DNA of 64,000 nucleotides, taken from NCBI GenBank assembly GCA_020632075.1, contig JACKGH010000001.1, positions 857,778-921,777 on the forward strand, in the 5' to 3' direction. The DNA comes from Candidatus Nomurabacteria bacterium. GTDB taxonomy: Bacteria; Patescibacteriota; Minisyncoccia; Phycocordibacterales; UBA918. This document shows, piece after piece, positions 45,691 through 55,323 of the stretch; within the stretch, counting starts at the first letter, position 1; each line of letters opens with the position of its first letter. The position numbers and the translations under genes are program-made. The notes under the pieces are model-generated. The model saw only the letters and a program-made list of their open reading frames with translations, was not told the origin of the DNA and made no database searches.

Positions 45691-46572
45691 TTGTATCATG
45701 GTGTCGTGTCAGAACGGTTTGTACAGATTCGGATAGCTACGCTCGGTTTGCTGTTTCTTGCTGTGTTGGTGGTGTGGTGGCCGGCCGCGATAGCGGCCGG
45801 CCCTGCGAATGAGTATCTCACCGTACGTTTTTTAGATGTAGGACAAGGAGATGCGATCCATATCATTACGCCGGATGGGTATGAGTTACTCATTGACGGT
45901 GGTCCTTCGGCGGTGGTGCTACGCCAGTTGGCAGTAGACCGGTCCTTTTTCGATCATTACATTGATGTGATGGTGGCGACGCACCCCGACACTGATCATG
46001 TGGCTGGATTGGTGGATGTGCTTGAGAGATATGAGGTCGGGATGTTGATTGAGACCGCTGCAGAACACGATGCGCCAGCAGCAGTGGCGTATGGAAATGC
46101 AGCGCGCGCCGAAGGCGCGCGCATCATCACAGCGCAAGCAGGTCAAGTCGTCCAGCTTGGCGCATCGACCACAGTACGCATTCTTTCGCCACACGGCGAT
46201 GCGACCAACTGGCGGAGTAATGTTGCGTCGGTCATTGTGCAGGTGCAGTATGGGGAAGTGGCATTTATGTTGACTGGTGATGCTCCAAGCAGTATCGAGG
46301 AGTATTTGGCCGGCGCCTACGGCGCCGGCCTCAAAAGCCAAGTGCTCAAGCTTGGTCATCACGGCTCAGATACCTCTTCGAGCGAAGTATTTTTAGAAGC
46401 AGTACAACCACAGTATGCAGTCGTGTCGGCTGGCAAAGATAATCGGTATGGGCACCCAAAGGGAGAGGTCTTGTCTCGTGCTCGCGGAATGGGCACAGAG
46501 ATCGTCAGTACTGCCGAGCGAGGAACCATCACCTTTCATTCGGATGGAAGTACTGTGTGGTTAATAGAATAG
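45691..46572 (+). CDS. Metallo-beta-lactamase-fold protein matching the ComEC C-terminal nuclease domain, as a separate membrane-anchored protein
   Basis: Signal/anchor then FLDVGQGDAIHII, ATHPDTDHVAGL, LKLGHHGSDTSSS, VVSAGKDNRYGHP, the characteristic ComEC lactamase_B-domain motifs. Confidence 0.65.
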   Translation: MYHGVVSERFVQIRIATLGLLFLAVLVVWWPAAIAAGPANEYLTVRFLDVGQGDAIHIITPDGYELLIDGGPSAVVLRQLAVDRSFFDHYIDVMVATHPDTDHVAGLVDVLERYEVGMLIETAAEHDAPAAVAYGNAARAEGARIITAQAGQVVQLGASTTVRILSPHGDATNWRSNVASVIVQVQYGEVAFMLTGDAPSSIEEYLAGAYGAGLKSQVLKLGHHGSDTSSSEVFLEAVQPQYAVVSAGKDNRYGHPKGEVLSRARGMGTEIVSTAERGTITFHSDGSTVWLIE

Positions 46573-46979
46573 CTGGAATTTTTTTCATACTTTGGTATGT
46601 TGTCCCTGAATTCATCTGGAGGGTCATACCCATGCCGTATTTGTTCTTTGTGATCATAATCGCTGTGCCGTTTCTCAGTGTGGCGTATTTCAGTGCTACG
46701 CCAACAGGAGTACTTGCACACATCGCAACCTTTCTCGTCCCCGCGATCACGGTTGGATTCCTGTTTCGAGCTCGCGTCGAAGGAGGGGCGTACGTAGTGA
46801 GCGAATGGTCGTTCGGTAGTTACCCACTACTGGGGGTCAGCGCCGGCCTTTCCGCACTGGCAGCACTGTCGACCGTACACCTGATCGTGTCAGGAATTTT
46901 CCTGGCTATCGCTAGTCTCGCTACCATTTGGGTAATGCGAGAAGGCCCGGTGGTCTACGGCTGGGACGCCTGTCCCTAA
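46557..46979 (+). CDS. Small polytopic membrane protein, hypothetical
   Basis: Four predicted TM helices. 140 aa. Confidence 0.4.
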   Translation: MVNRIAGIFFILWYVVPEFIWRVIPMPYLFFVIIIAVPFLSVAYFSATPTGVLAHIATFLVPAITVGFLFRARVEGGAYVVSEWSFGSYPLLGVSAGLSALAALSTVHLIVSGIFLAIASLATIWVMREGPVVYGWDACP

Positions 46980-47036
46980 TGACCGAAGAGCGATGATCAT
47001 TCAGACGCGACCCACCCAGTCGCGTTTTTTCTATAA

Positions 47037-47071
47037 CAAAACGGGCGGTCCCTAAAGGGACCGCCCGTTTT
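47037..47071. terminator. Bidirectional hairpin terminator
   Basis: AAAACGGGCGGTCCCTAAAGGGACCGCCCGTTTTC. Confidence 0.65.
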
Positions 47072-47079
47072 CACCAATG

Positions 47080-47322
47080 CTAGATAAGTCCAGCTTTCTT
47101 CAGTGTCGCGTACGCACCGTTCTTAGCGATAGTGCGCAGTGCTGCTGCAGAAACGTTCACTGTCACTGTCTTGTCGAGTTCAGGGACGTAGATGCGCTTC
47201 TTTTGCAGGTTTACCTGACGCTTGGTCTTGCCGCCAGGATTAAACTGCGTCGCACGAGTGCGGTTGCTGTATCGGCCTCCGATCTGGGTCTTCTTGCCGG
47301 TGATGTCGCATTGCTTTGCCAT
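47080..47322 (-). CDS. rpmB: 50S ribosomal protein L28
   Basis: MAKQCDITGKKTQIGGRYSNRTRATQFNPGGKTKRQVNLQKKRIYVPEL... Start trimmed to MAKQ (ATG at 47322). Confidence 0.85.
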   Translation of the reverse strand: MAKQCDITGKKTQIGGRYSNRTRATQFNPGGKTKRQVNLQKKRIYVPELDKTVTVNVSAAALRTIAKNGAYATLKKAGLI

Positions 47323-47470
47323 ACAAATAAAAGTATTTAGTGGCGACATCCTACCATGTTTATTTGATAATGCAACAGATATCTGGTAGATCAGCCTAAG
47401 ATCCATTGACAAAAACTATTTTAATTATAGTATCCACGCAGGTTTCTAGCGGTTCAACAAGGAGAACCAA

Positions 47471-48313
47471 ATGAAAGACACGCGTTCTGTTTTCAAAAAA
47501 TACTTCTGGCTCTGGTTGCTTGGAGCAGTGATCGGTATTGGTATCGCGATTTCGTTTGTGCAGGTACCGGTGACGATCACCGAAGCGCAGGCACAGGCCA
47601 TGCTCGATACCAAACTTGCGGAATTCAACGAGAAGTCCCCTGACACTCAGATCGGTCCGCTCATCCTCAAGTTCGGTGACGGTACTATGACGCTCGATGC
47701 GCAGGGTGTTGGTCCCGTTCTGAAGCAAACGATATCGGCCCATCTCTACGCCGACGGCTTGCCGGAGAAAAACGGCAAACATATTTACTTCAGAGCCAGC
47801 GACTTCGAGGTGACAGACATGATGGTCAACGACCTGCCGCCGCATGAGGCGATGGTCGAACTGGTCCAAGCTGGCTCGAAAAAACTCATGAAGAAGCGTG
47901 ACGAAGTCCTGGCTGAAGAACCCAAGAAGGGTATTCTCAGCAGGTGGCGCTCGGTCGCGGCTGAGTTCGCCACTGACAAGGTGGTCGAGGTCAACTCCGC
48001 CGAAGTTGAGCGACTGATCGTGAAGTACAAGTCCGAGACGAAGCAGTTCCTCGAAGGTCTGGTTGTGTCATTCTTGCAGTCATCGCCGATCTATTCGCTT
48101 GATCACAGCGGCAAGGAAAAGCTGGCGGCGTCTGTCCTGACCGACATCACTGTCGCGCCCGGACAGGTCACGGCGGTCCTGAGTGGCATGGAATTCATGA
48201 AGACGCTCATTACTGCGGTGCTGACACTGCTGATCGCAATCGCTTGGGTAGCTATGCTGTTCTTCGGCGGCGCCAGCGGATTCGGTCTGGCACTCGGTGC
48301 TCTGGCTTCCTAA
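47471..48313 (+). CDS. Membrane-anchored hypothetical protein
   Basis: N- and C-terminal TM helices flanking a soluble domain. 280 aa. Confidence 0.4.
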   Translation: MKDTRSVFKKYFWLWLLGAVIGIGIAISFVQVPVTITEAQAQAMLDTKLAEFNEKSPDTQIGPLILKFGDGTMTLDAQGVGPVLKQTISAHLYADGLPEKNGKHIYFRASDFEVTDMMVNDLPPHEAMVELVQAGSKKLMKKRDEVLAEEPKKGILSRWRSVAAEFATDKVVEVNSAEVERLIVKYKSETKQFLEGLVVSFLQSSPIYSLDHSGKEKLAASVLTDITVAPGQVTAVLSGMEFMKTLITAVLTLLIAIAWVAMLFFGGASGFGLALGALAS

Positions 48314-48394
48314 GCTGAGTCCGAAATACAATCCAAGGTCCCTCACTCGAGGGGCCTTTATCGTTCTTAGTATCTACGCTACTATGTACCAACT

Positions 48395-49030
48395 ATGGAA
48401 ATGATCGATATTGCACTTATATTCGCCCTCATCATGTCAGTCGTGATGCATGAGATGGCACACGGCTACGCCGCTAACTGGCTTGGTGATCCGACCGCGC
48501 GTCTCGCTGGCCGTCTCACGGCCAACCCGATCCCGCACCTCGACCCGCTTATGTCGGTCATTTTGCCAGGTCTTTTGATCTTGAGCGGTTCAGGGCTCAT
48601 ATTTGGTGCAGCCAAGCCAGTGCCATACAACCCATACAATCTTCGCAATCAGCGCTGGGGGGAAGCGATCGTGGCCGCAGCCGGTCCAGCGATGAACATC
48701 GTCATTGCGATCGTCTTTGCCCTCCTTATCCGCAATGCAGACGTACTTGGCTTTGGCGAGGTTTTTGTGCTCTTGGCGTTCAAGATCATCTTGCTCAATA
48801 TTTTCTTGGCCTTTTTCAATCTGCTCCCGATCCCGCCACTTGATGGCTCAAAGATCTTGGCGCGTATTTTGCCTCGCACATTGGCCTATAAGTATGAAGG
48901 ACTCCGCATGGTGATGGAGCGAAATGTCGCGATGTCATTTATTTTGATCATTGTGGTCTTTGTCTTCGTGCTTGGACAGCCGCTCTATCTCATGACCGTG
49001 AAGCTCGCGAACCTCTTGATTGGTTGGTAA
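48395..49030 (+). CDS. Site-2 protease family zinc metallopeptidase (M50)
   Basis: HEMAHG zinc-binding motif within a TM helix. Polytopic, 211 aa. Confidence 0.75.
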   Translation: MEMIDIALIFALIMSVVMHEMAHGYAANWLGDPTARLAGRLTANPIPHLDPLMSVILPGLLILSGSGLIFGAAKPVPYNPYNLRNQRWGEAIVAAAGPAMNIVIAIVFALLIRNADVLGFGEVFVLLAFKIILLNIFLAFFNLLPIPPLDGSKILARILPRTLAYKYEGLRMVMERNVAMSFILIIVVFVFVLGQPLYLMTVKLANLLIGW

Positions 49031-49147
49031 TTTGTGGTATTGTTGCGCTAGCTGTATTCGACGCCTGTAGACGACAGGATGTCATGTACCGGATGAGTGT
49101 CTACAGGTACACTCCAGGCAACGGGGTCTCCTCATTGCGGTACGCGG

Positions 49148-49185
49148 CACCGATTCTTTCGCGAGGATCGGTGCCATTTTAATAC
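49148..49185 (+). terminator. Hairpin terminator for the S2P gene
   Basis: GGCACCGATTCTTTCGCGAGGATCGGTGCC followed by ATTTTA. Confidence 0.5.
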
Positions 49186-49195
49186 TAGGCAAAAG

Positions 49196-49367
49196 CTATA
49201 ATTGTGGTAGTATCGAAGTAGCAAAGAAATGTTCCAGCGACGGATAAGGTAGGCGATCGGCTCCCCATAACGCCCTGGAACATTGCCAGTCGTCTACCGG
49301 GAAAAGCTGTGCAAAGCTCCCAACCCCCTTTGCGAACCCGCCCCCTCTCCCCAGGGCGGTTTTTTTA
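49196..49367 (+). ncRNA. Candidate small RNA (TATAAT box at 49201; 9-bp stem AATGTTCCAG/CTGGAACAT; terminator CCGCCCCCTCTCCCCAGGGCGG plus T7)
   Basis: Promoter-like -10, internal long-range pairing, and a clear intrinsic terminator at about 49338-49367. No credible ORF. Confidence 0.3.
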
Positions 49368-49561
49368 AGCAAAATCACGAGGAGCAAAGCGACGACTAAA
49401 TTTTGCTTATACAGGCGCTTCGCCAGATTTACCTTCTTTTTCCCGAAGGGAAATCTGGCGGTAGCGAGCTGTACTAAGTTTCGCTTTAGACAAAATCTGA
49501 CGCAAGCGTCCTCATCATCTTGCAAATTTACCTATATGTAGTACATTACTGGGGCTAATTT

Positions 49562-49975
49562 ATGGCAACAATTCAACAATTAACCCGTAAGAAGCGAACC
49601 GACAAAGCACGAAAGAGTAAGCGTGCGGCTTTGGAATCTGGATTCAACAAGATCAAGAACCAGCCGAACACCTACTTCTCTCCGTTCAAGCGCGGTGTAT
49701 GTACTCGTGTGACCACTAAGACCCCACGTAAGCCGAACTCAGCTATCCGAAAGATTGCTCGTGTCCGACTTTCAAACGGTCAGGAAATTACTGCATACAT
49801 CCCAGGTATCAAGCACTCACTGCAGGAACACTCAGTGGTATTGGTCCGCGGAGGTCGTGTGAAGGACATCGGTGTGAACTACACCATCGTACGTGGTAAG
49901 TACGATGCGACTGGTGTAGATGAACGCCGCATGGGTCGCTCACGCTACGGAGCTAAGAAGCCTAAGGGAGAGTAA
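49562..49975 (+). CDS. rpsL: 30S ribosomal protein S12
   Basis: [12 protein letters not shown]...[29 protein letters not shown]..., canonical. Confidence 0.95.
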   Translation: MATIQQLTRKKRTDKARKSKRAALESGFNKIKNQPNTYFSPFKRGVCTRVTTKTPRKPNSAIRKIARVRLSNGQEITAYIPGIKHSLQEHSVVLVRGGRVKDIGVNYTIVRGKYDATGVDERRMGRSRYGAKKPKGE

Positions 49976-50136
49976 TCTTGCTTAGCAATCGCAGGAGGCG
50001 AATCCTGCACAATTACAAATAGTTTATATTCGCTACAGATCATAGAGTGGTGATCCGCAAGGAGAGACCATTATGCGAAGAATGAAGATTGTTTTCATAA
50101 CATCTCATTCTTAGTTACTTACTAAGAAAAATTACA

Positions 50137-50610
50137 ATGCGACGACCAATCAAAAAACGACCAGTGGTGTCTCCGGACATCAAGTTTGGTCAGGTAGATG
50201 TCGAACGACTCATCAACTACGTGATGCTTCGTGGTCAGAAAGAAACTGCCCGCAAGATCGTGTACGGAGCGTTCGAGATCATCAAGAACGACAAGGAGAC
50301 CGGTGATGACCCAGTAGAGGTCTTCAACACCGCCCTCCGCAACGCTGGTCCACTTATGGAAGTTCGCTCACGCCGTGTTGGTGGAGCAAACTACCAGGTA
50401 CCACGTGAGGTGCGCCCTGAGCGCCGCCTCTCATTAGCACTTAGGTGGCTCATCGGTGCTGCGCGCAAGCAGAAGGGAGTCCCAATGCATAAAGCGCTCG
50501 CCAAGGAGATCATGATGGCAGCTAAGGAAGAAGGAGAAGCGATCAAGAAGAAGGAGGATATGCATAAGATGGCAGAAGCCAACCGTGCGTTTGCCCACTT
50601 CGCTTGGTAA
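50137..50610 (+). CDS. rpsG: 30S ribosomal protein S7
   Basis: [18 protein letters not shown]...[19 protein letters not shown]..., canonical. Confidence 0.95.
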   Translation: MRRPIKKRPVVSPDIKFGQVDVERLINYVMLRGQKETARKIVYGAFEIIKNDKETGDDPVEVFNTALRNAGPLMEVRSRRVGGANYQVPREVRPERRLSLALRWLIGAARKQKGVPMHKALAKEIMMAAKEEGEAIKKKEDMHKMAEANRAFAHFAW

Positions 50611-50732
50611 TTCCACAATTGGCGCTGCGCTTCGTTGCTTCACGGAAAATTTTCTTCACTGGGCACAAGCCCCATTCAGAAAATTTTCTGCTCGCGCCTC
50701 GCGCAGCATCCAATTCTGAAATCACCGACAAG

Positions 50733-50762
50733 AAAAAAGACCCGAGAGGGTCTTTTTTCTTG
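50733..50762 (+). terminator. Terminator after rpsG
   Basis: AAAAAAGACCCGAGAGGGTCTTTTTTCTT. Confidence 0.65.
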
Positions 50763-50855
50763 TACTCCGCGTGATCCATCTAAGTTCATACCTTTTTGTT
50801 GGTTCGGGATGAAGTATTTGACCGTGTTACCATAATTGCTATAAGGTGTCTTAGT

Positions 50856-52310
50856 GTGAATGACTCAACTACAACAGTCTTGTTAAAAGCAACGTCCACA
50901 GTGGAAACCTATTTCTCTTTGCTTGAAAAACACGAGCCTGCTCTAAGCTTTTTGTTAGATGTGGTAAAGGTCATTGGGACATTAATAGTAACCATCGTTT
51001 TGGCTGGCTGGGCGTTATATAAATTCTACAAAAATCGAGGTGGTCAAGGATCACTAACTTTTCGTACAAAAGTTAGTGGCAAAGGAAATAATGTTGATGC
51101 TCGGGTCTACTTGGGCATACCTCACGAGGACTATACAAAACTCGCCGCAGATCACGCAGTCACAGAAGCGGAACTCAAGGCAATTCTTTCAATATTAGAT
51201 GGACACAACATCCCAAGACACGAACTCGATAGTAGGTTGCAGGAGATGGCCACAGAAATAAATCAGTTGAAAGAAAGTATTTCGACACACGAGGAATTTA
51301 GTTCTAGTGCGGGATCGAGCAGTGTGACGCAAGCACCAGTTGTCATGGACGAGTCAGAGGTTCACATGTTACTACATACAGTACGGCGTGAAATAGAGGA
51401 AGGCGATCTAAAACAAGCAGGAATAACTCTAAATGGCCTTAAAGAAAAAGCGATTAAAGACACGAAACAATCCGGAGCGACTCCTCACGATTTTTCCTTT
51501 GCTGCACAGGTTACTAGAGAACTTGCAAACCTGTCTGCGATACAGCTTACCTTCGACAAGGCTGCGGCTCTGCTTGAAGAGGAAGCGGGTTATCACAAAA
51601 ATATTGATGAGATGTCTCGTGCGACAGCTTTAGATAATGCGGGCGGCATGTATCTGCGAGCTGGTTTGTACACACAAGCAGAAGCAGCTTTCCAAGAATC
51701 AATACAGATCCTCGAAGGCCTTACGGGCACAAACAGTGTCTTTGTTGCAATGGGTAAAAACAAACTGGCTATGGTGTATAAGGAAATGCACCAATATGAT
51801 AAAGCCCTTCAGCTACTTGAAAAAACACAGCACATAATAATGTCAGGTCTAAACGCTAAAGATTATTTAGAGCCAGCAAGTGTTCAAAATACCCTAGCCA
51901 TGCTTTATCGGTTAAAACATGATTACGCTAAAGCAGAGTGGCATATGCAAAGGGCTTTAGAGGAGATGAAATATCATGTTGAAAGTCATCCAGTGGAATA
52001 TGCAAACATGCTTAACAACTCAGGTCTTCTTTGTCACAACCAAGGGCTTTTTGCTGAGGCTGAAAAGAAGTACCTTGAGTCCTTAGATATAAGACGAAAA
52101 CTATTGTCAAAAGATCATCCGGATATTGCACAGAGTCTCAATAATCTTGCCGGTCTTTATAGGGAAATGGGTGAACTGAAAAAGTCTAAAACGATGTATG
52201 AGACTGCTATAACAATGTTGGAAAATATCTTTCCAGACGATAACCCCAATCTAAAAAATACTAAAAGGAACTACCAGAAGCTGTTAAATGAAATGGATGA
52301 GAAAGAATAA
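50856..52310 (+). CDS. Membrane-anchored tetratricopeptide-repeat protein
   Basis: N-terminal TM (VIGTLIVTIVLAGWALYKF). Multiple TPR_12-like repeats (ALDNAGGMYLRAGLYTQAEAAFQESIQI...SLNNLAGLYREMGELKKSKTMYETAI). Probable GTG start at 50856 with RBS AAGGTG. Confidence 0.6.
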   Translation: MNDSTTTVLLKATSTVETYFSLLEKHEPALSFLLDVVKVIGTLIVTIVLAGWALYKFYKNRGGQGSLTFRTKVSGKGNNVDARVYLGIPHEDYTKLAADHAVTEAELKAILSILDGHNIPRHELDSRLQEMATEINQLKESISTHEEFSSSAGSSSVTQAPVVMDESEVHMLLHTVRREIEEGDLKQAGITLNGLKEKAIKDTKQSGATPHDFSFAAQVTRELANLSAIQLTFDKAAALLEEEAGYHKNIDEMSRATALDNAGGMYLRAGLYTQAEAAFQESIQILEGLTGTNSVFVAMGKNKLAMVYKEMHQYDKALQLLEKTQHIIMSGLNAKDYLEPASVQNTLAMLYRLKHDYAKAEWHMQRALEEMKYHVESHPVEYANMLNNSGLLCHNQGLFAEAEKKYLESLDIRRKLLSKDHPDIAQSLNNLAGLYREMGELKKSKTMYETAITMLENIFPDDNPNLKNTKRNYQKLLNEMDEKE

Positions 52311-52429
52311 ACCAAGTTGTTTCTCTCAACTACAAATGCACGCATCTCGGCTGGTTGTAAAGTTATGTGAGCAGTGAAATTCATGATAAGGTTTTTATCT
52401 CCTTTGTACGACTTTTGGGTTGGGTGGTT

Positions 52430-52780
52430 TTATGACCGCAAAATCTTTTCCATCTCCTTACCCTTCGCCAGCTCATCAATGAGCTTGTCGAGATAGCGGA
52501 TCTCGCGCATGGTTTTTTCGGGGACGTCTTCGACGCGCACGCCGCAGACCACGCCGGTGATCTGCTTGCGCTTGGGATTGAGCTTCGGTGCGGTTTTGAA
52601 AAAGGTCTCGATGTCTGTGTCGGTCGCAAGGAGCTTGGCGAGTGAGGCTTTGGTGTGGCCAGTCAGCCAGCAGATGACTTCGTCGACCTCGGCCTTGGTG
52701 CGACCTTTCTTCTCGGCCTTCGCGACATAGGCCGGATACACTCCGGCGAAAGGCATGGTGTAGATACGTGGCTTTTTCAT
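52430..52780 (-). CDS. Conserved hypothetical protein
   Basis: 116 aa, [36 protein letters not shown].... No assignable function. Confidence 0.4.
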   Translation of the reverse strand: MKKPRIYTMPFAGVYPAYVAKAEKKGRTKAEVDEVICWLTGHTKASLAKLLATDTDIETFFKTAPKLNPKRKQITGVVCGVRVEDVPEKTMREIRYLDKLIDELAKGKEMEKILRS

Positions 52781-53015
52781 ATGGAATATACTCACTTTAC
52801 CAGCTGTTTTATTATAGTAAAACTATGAACTTCACTGGCGTGATAATTGAGGAGAGCTTAAAAGATGCGAGCGTTTTGGACGAGGTGGTGATTGTTGGCA
52901 CGGAAGTTGAGCCGGTGACCGAGTCTCATCAGACGCCATGGATAAAACAGAGGGAAAGGTAGTGTAAAAATTTTGATACATTCATCAGTCTCTTCAAAAG
53001 GTATATACTACGATC

Positions 53016-53627
53016 ATGAACAAAAAGCTTCTTATTGCGATCGGCGCCTTCGTTTTTATCATTGTGATCAGTTTTTCATTGATCAAAGACCAAACTGAAG
53101 TGTCGCCAGTGATCCAAACTGACATTAGTCCAGGTACCGATATAGACGAGCGAGCCAGCGAAATTGTGGGCTACGTGAGCAATGCAAAGAACTTAGCATA
53201 CACGATCGAGGGCCAGCAGCTGCAGCTACAAAATGGCTATGCTGAAAGTGCTGTCGCACCAGACTCAGCCATCAAGATCATCACTCGGTATTTTGGAAAT
53301 GAACTCCTGACCGATCTCGACGGCGACGGCGACGATGATGTCGCACTTATCATCACTCAAGAATCTGGCGGTACTGGTACTTTCTATTACGCCGCCGCTG
53401 CCCTGCAGACACCGGAAGGGTATGTTGGTTCAGACGCCTACTATCTTGGTGATCGGATCGCGCCACAGCCGACAACTGCTAGTCCCAATTCAGCGCAGCC
53501 GCAGGTGGTGGTCTTCAATTTTGCAGACCGTGCTCCTGGAGAACCAATGACCACGCCACCTTCAATCGGGAAGAGTGTGTATCTAGAGATCAACCCACAG
53601 ACCAATACTTGGGTAGTGGTGGAGTAG
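53016..53627 (+). CDS. Secreted or membrane-anchored hypothetical protein
   Basis: N-terminal anchor LLIAIGAFVFIIVISFSLI. Asp-rich DLDGDGDDDV segment (Ca-binding-like). Confidence 0.45.
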   Translation: MNKKLLIAIGAFVFIIVISFSLIKDQTEVSPVIQTDISPGTDIDERASEIVGYVSNAKNLAYTIEGQQLQLQNGYAESAVAPDSAIKIITRYFGNELLTDLDGDGDDDVALIITQESGGTGTFYYAAAALQTPEGYVGSDAYYLGDRIAPQPTTASPNSAQPQVVVFNFADRAPGEPMTTPPSIGKSVYLEINPQTNTWVVVE

Positions 53628-53747
53628 TAAGTTGAGCTAGGTTCGATTGCGCTGATTGACAAAATCTGAACTGGACGTATTATCCACGAGGGTCAAAAGC
53701 TGCATATGCAGCTTTTGTTTTGTTATCCATGTTTGGAGGAATAATTC

Positions 53748-54491
53748 ATGGAGTTTCTTACTGATCTGATTGCCAGTCCATTCGTTCTGTTTGGTGTGCT
53801 GGCAGCCAGTCTCACTTGGTGGTCGTGGATCCTGGCGGTTATCTGGCTGACTGGCGTTGGTGCATACATCTACAACGACAGAGACCTGAGAGGTTTCTTC
53901 CTGCTCATGGCAGCGATCGTGGTGTTCACCTTCTTCCATGTCGAGACACCCGAGGGTCTCGCTTGGTACCAATCGCTCTGGGAGGTGGTGAAGACGATCC
54001 TTGTGGGGATGGCTCAGTATCTCCTCATCGGCCTGGTCGCCGCTATCCCACTGTGGCTTTGGCATGTACGTAAGGAGCTCGTTGAGCTCCGCACGCATCT
54101 GTACGAGTATGTGCAGCAGCGCGCTAAGGCAAGACAGCTGTGGCGCAATCCGCACGCGCATCGGAGTCAGGAGACCCTAGATCTTTCCGAAGAGCAGATC
54201 GCTGCGTGTCAGCAGTACCGGGTCGGGGGTGCGATTCCCGAGTTTCTGCAGGAGAACTGGCGTCTCTACCGTTACGAAGAGTTCGGGCTGAAGCAAGACG
54301 CTTTTGCGTTGCGCAATAACCTCGACACTGCTTCCAGTTACGTGTTCCTTTGGCCGTTCCATTACATCATCCGTTTCTTCGGTGATTTCCTTGAGACGGT
54401 CGTTCGGACGGTGCTGCGGTACCTCGGACGTTTCGTCGACTGGCTGGTCAACGTCGTTCGGATCGGTATTCCGTCCGGCATCGACAAGTAG
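53748..54491 (+). CDS. Polytopic membrane protein, hypothetical
   Basis: About 4 TM helices. 247 aa. Confidence 0.45.
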   Translation: MEFLTDLIASPFVLFGVLAASLTWWSWILAVIWLTGVGAYIYNDRDLRGFFLLMAAIVVFTFFHVETPEGLAWYQSLWEVVKTILVGMAQYLLIGLVAAIPLWLWHVRKELVELRTHLYEYVQQRAKARQLWRNPHAHRSQETLDLSEEQIAACQQYRVGGAIPEFLQENWRLYRYEEFGLKQDAFALRNNLDTASSYVFLWPFHYIIRFFGDFLETVVRTVLRYLGRFVDWLVNVVRIGIPSGIDK

Positions 54492-54537
54492 GTTGCCGAC
54501 AACAAAAGACAAAAGCCTAGCATTTCGCTAGGCTTTT

Positions 54538-55248
54538 TTAGTTCCCAACCAGCATGTTGCTGAGCACGTACGCGGTATCGGCCTTGGAAAGACCTTTGAG
54601 GTTGATCGCATAGCGGGTGTCGGGGTCAGTGAAGAAGTAGATCGAGTAGCTATCGGTGCCGACGTAGTAGAGAAAGCCGGTGCCGTGCTCAGTTTCAAAC
54701 TTTGATGCGCCGTTTGAGAGTTGGTCCTTTGATTTGATGATGAGTAACTTCAGTGCGATATCCTTATCAGCCTTGCTGGAAAAAAGGTTAATATCAGTAC
54801 TCTTGAATTTCAGTAAGGCTTCATAGAAGGTACGGGCGTCACGACAAGCTACTACGCCAGTGCTTTTCTTGAGGAGTGTGCAGGCAATATTTTCTTCGGC
54901 GGTGGTGAAGTCATCAGCATACGTAGTGAAAAAGTCTGGTCGTTCTGGTGCAAAGAGGGTCATGGAAAGTGCGCCGTTGTGAGCATGCGTAAAATTGCCG
55001 CCGGTCTCATAGGTCGCGGCGAACGGGACTGGCAAGGTCATATTGCCGATCGTCAGAGGTGGGTTGGTAGTGCCACTTTTTGCGGTACTGGTGAAGCTCA
55101 TTTCTCGCCAATTGATATCGGCGCGCGCGGCTACTTCAGGGTGATCGTTCAGAAAATCATAAAATGTGAACGTGGCAGCGAGGCCTTCACGAAAGACGGC
55201 CACGAGCACAATGATAAGTAGTATCAAGCCAGCAATGACCTTTTTCAT
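54538..55248 (-). CDS. Secreted or membrane-anchored hypothetical protein
   Basis: Start at MKKVIAGLILLIIVLVAVF (signal/anchor). 236 aa. Confidence 0.45.
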   Translation of the reverse strand: MKKVIAGLILLIIVLVAVFREGLAATFTFYDFLNDHPEVAARADINWREMSFTSTAKSGTTNPPLTIGNMTLPVPFAATYETGGNFTHAHNGALSMTLFAPERPDFFTTYADDFTTAEENIACTLLKKSTGVVACRDARTFYEALLKFKSTDINLFSSKADKDIALKLLIIKSKDQLSNGASKFETEHGTGFLYYVGTDSYSIYFFTDPDTRYAINLKGLSKADTAYVLSNMLVGN

Positions 55249-55323
55249 AGCTGCATAGTAGCATGTTCTCTGGTGGTCGTCCGCAGCCACCTGCGTGATA
55301 CAATCTGCGTATATTCAGCTTGT

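Noticed and set aside
49196-49525. 109-aa minus-strand ORF in the rpsL upstream region
   Set aside because: It spans three hairpins and a terminator. It has no RBS and an implausible composition. The region is better explained as structured non-coding RNA.
50040-50136. Mini-[16 protein letters not shown] between rpsL and rpsG
   Set aside because: It has only 13 codons and is embedded in an 8-bp hairpin (AAGAATGA...TCATTCTT). It is more likely an intercistronic RNA structure than a leader peptide. No evidence either way.
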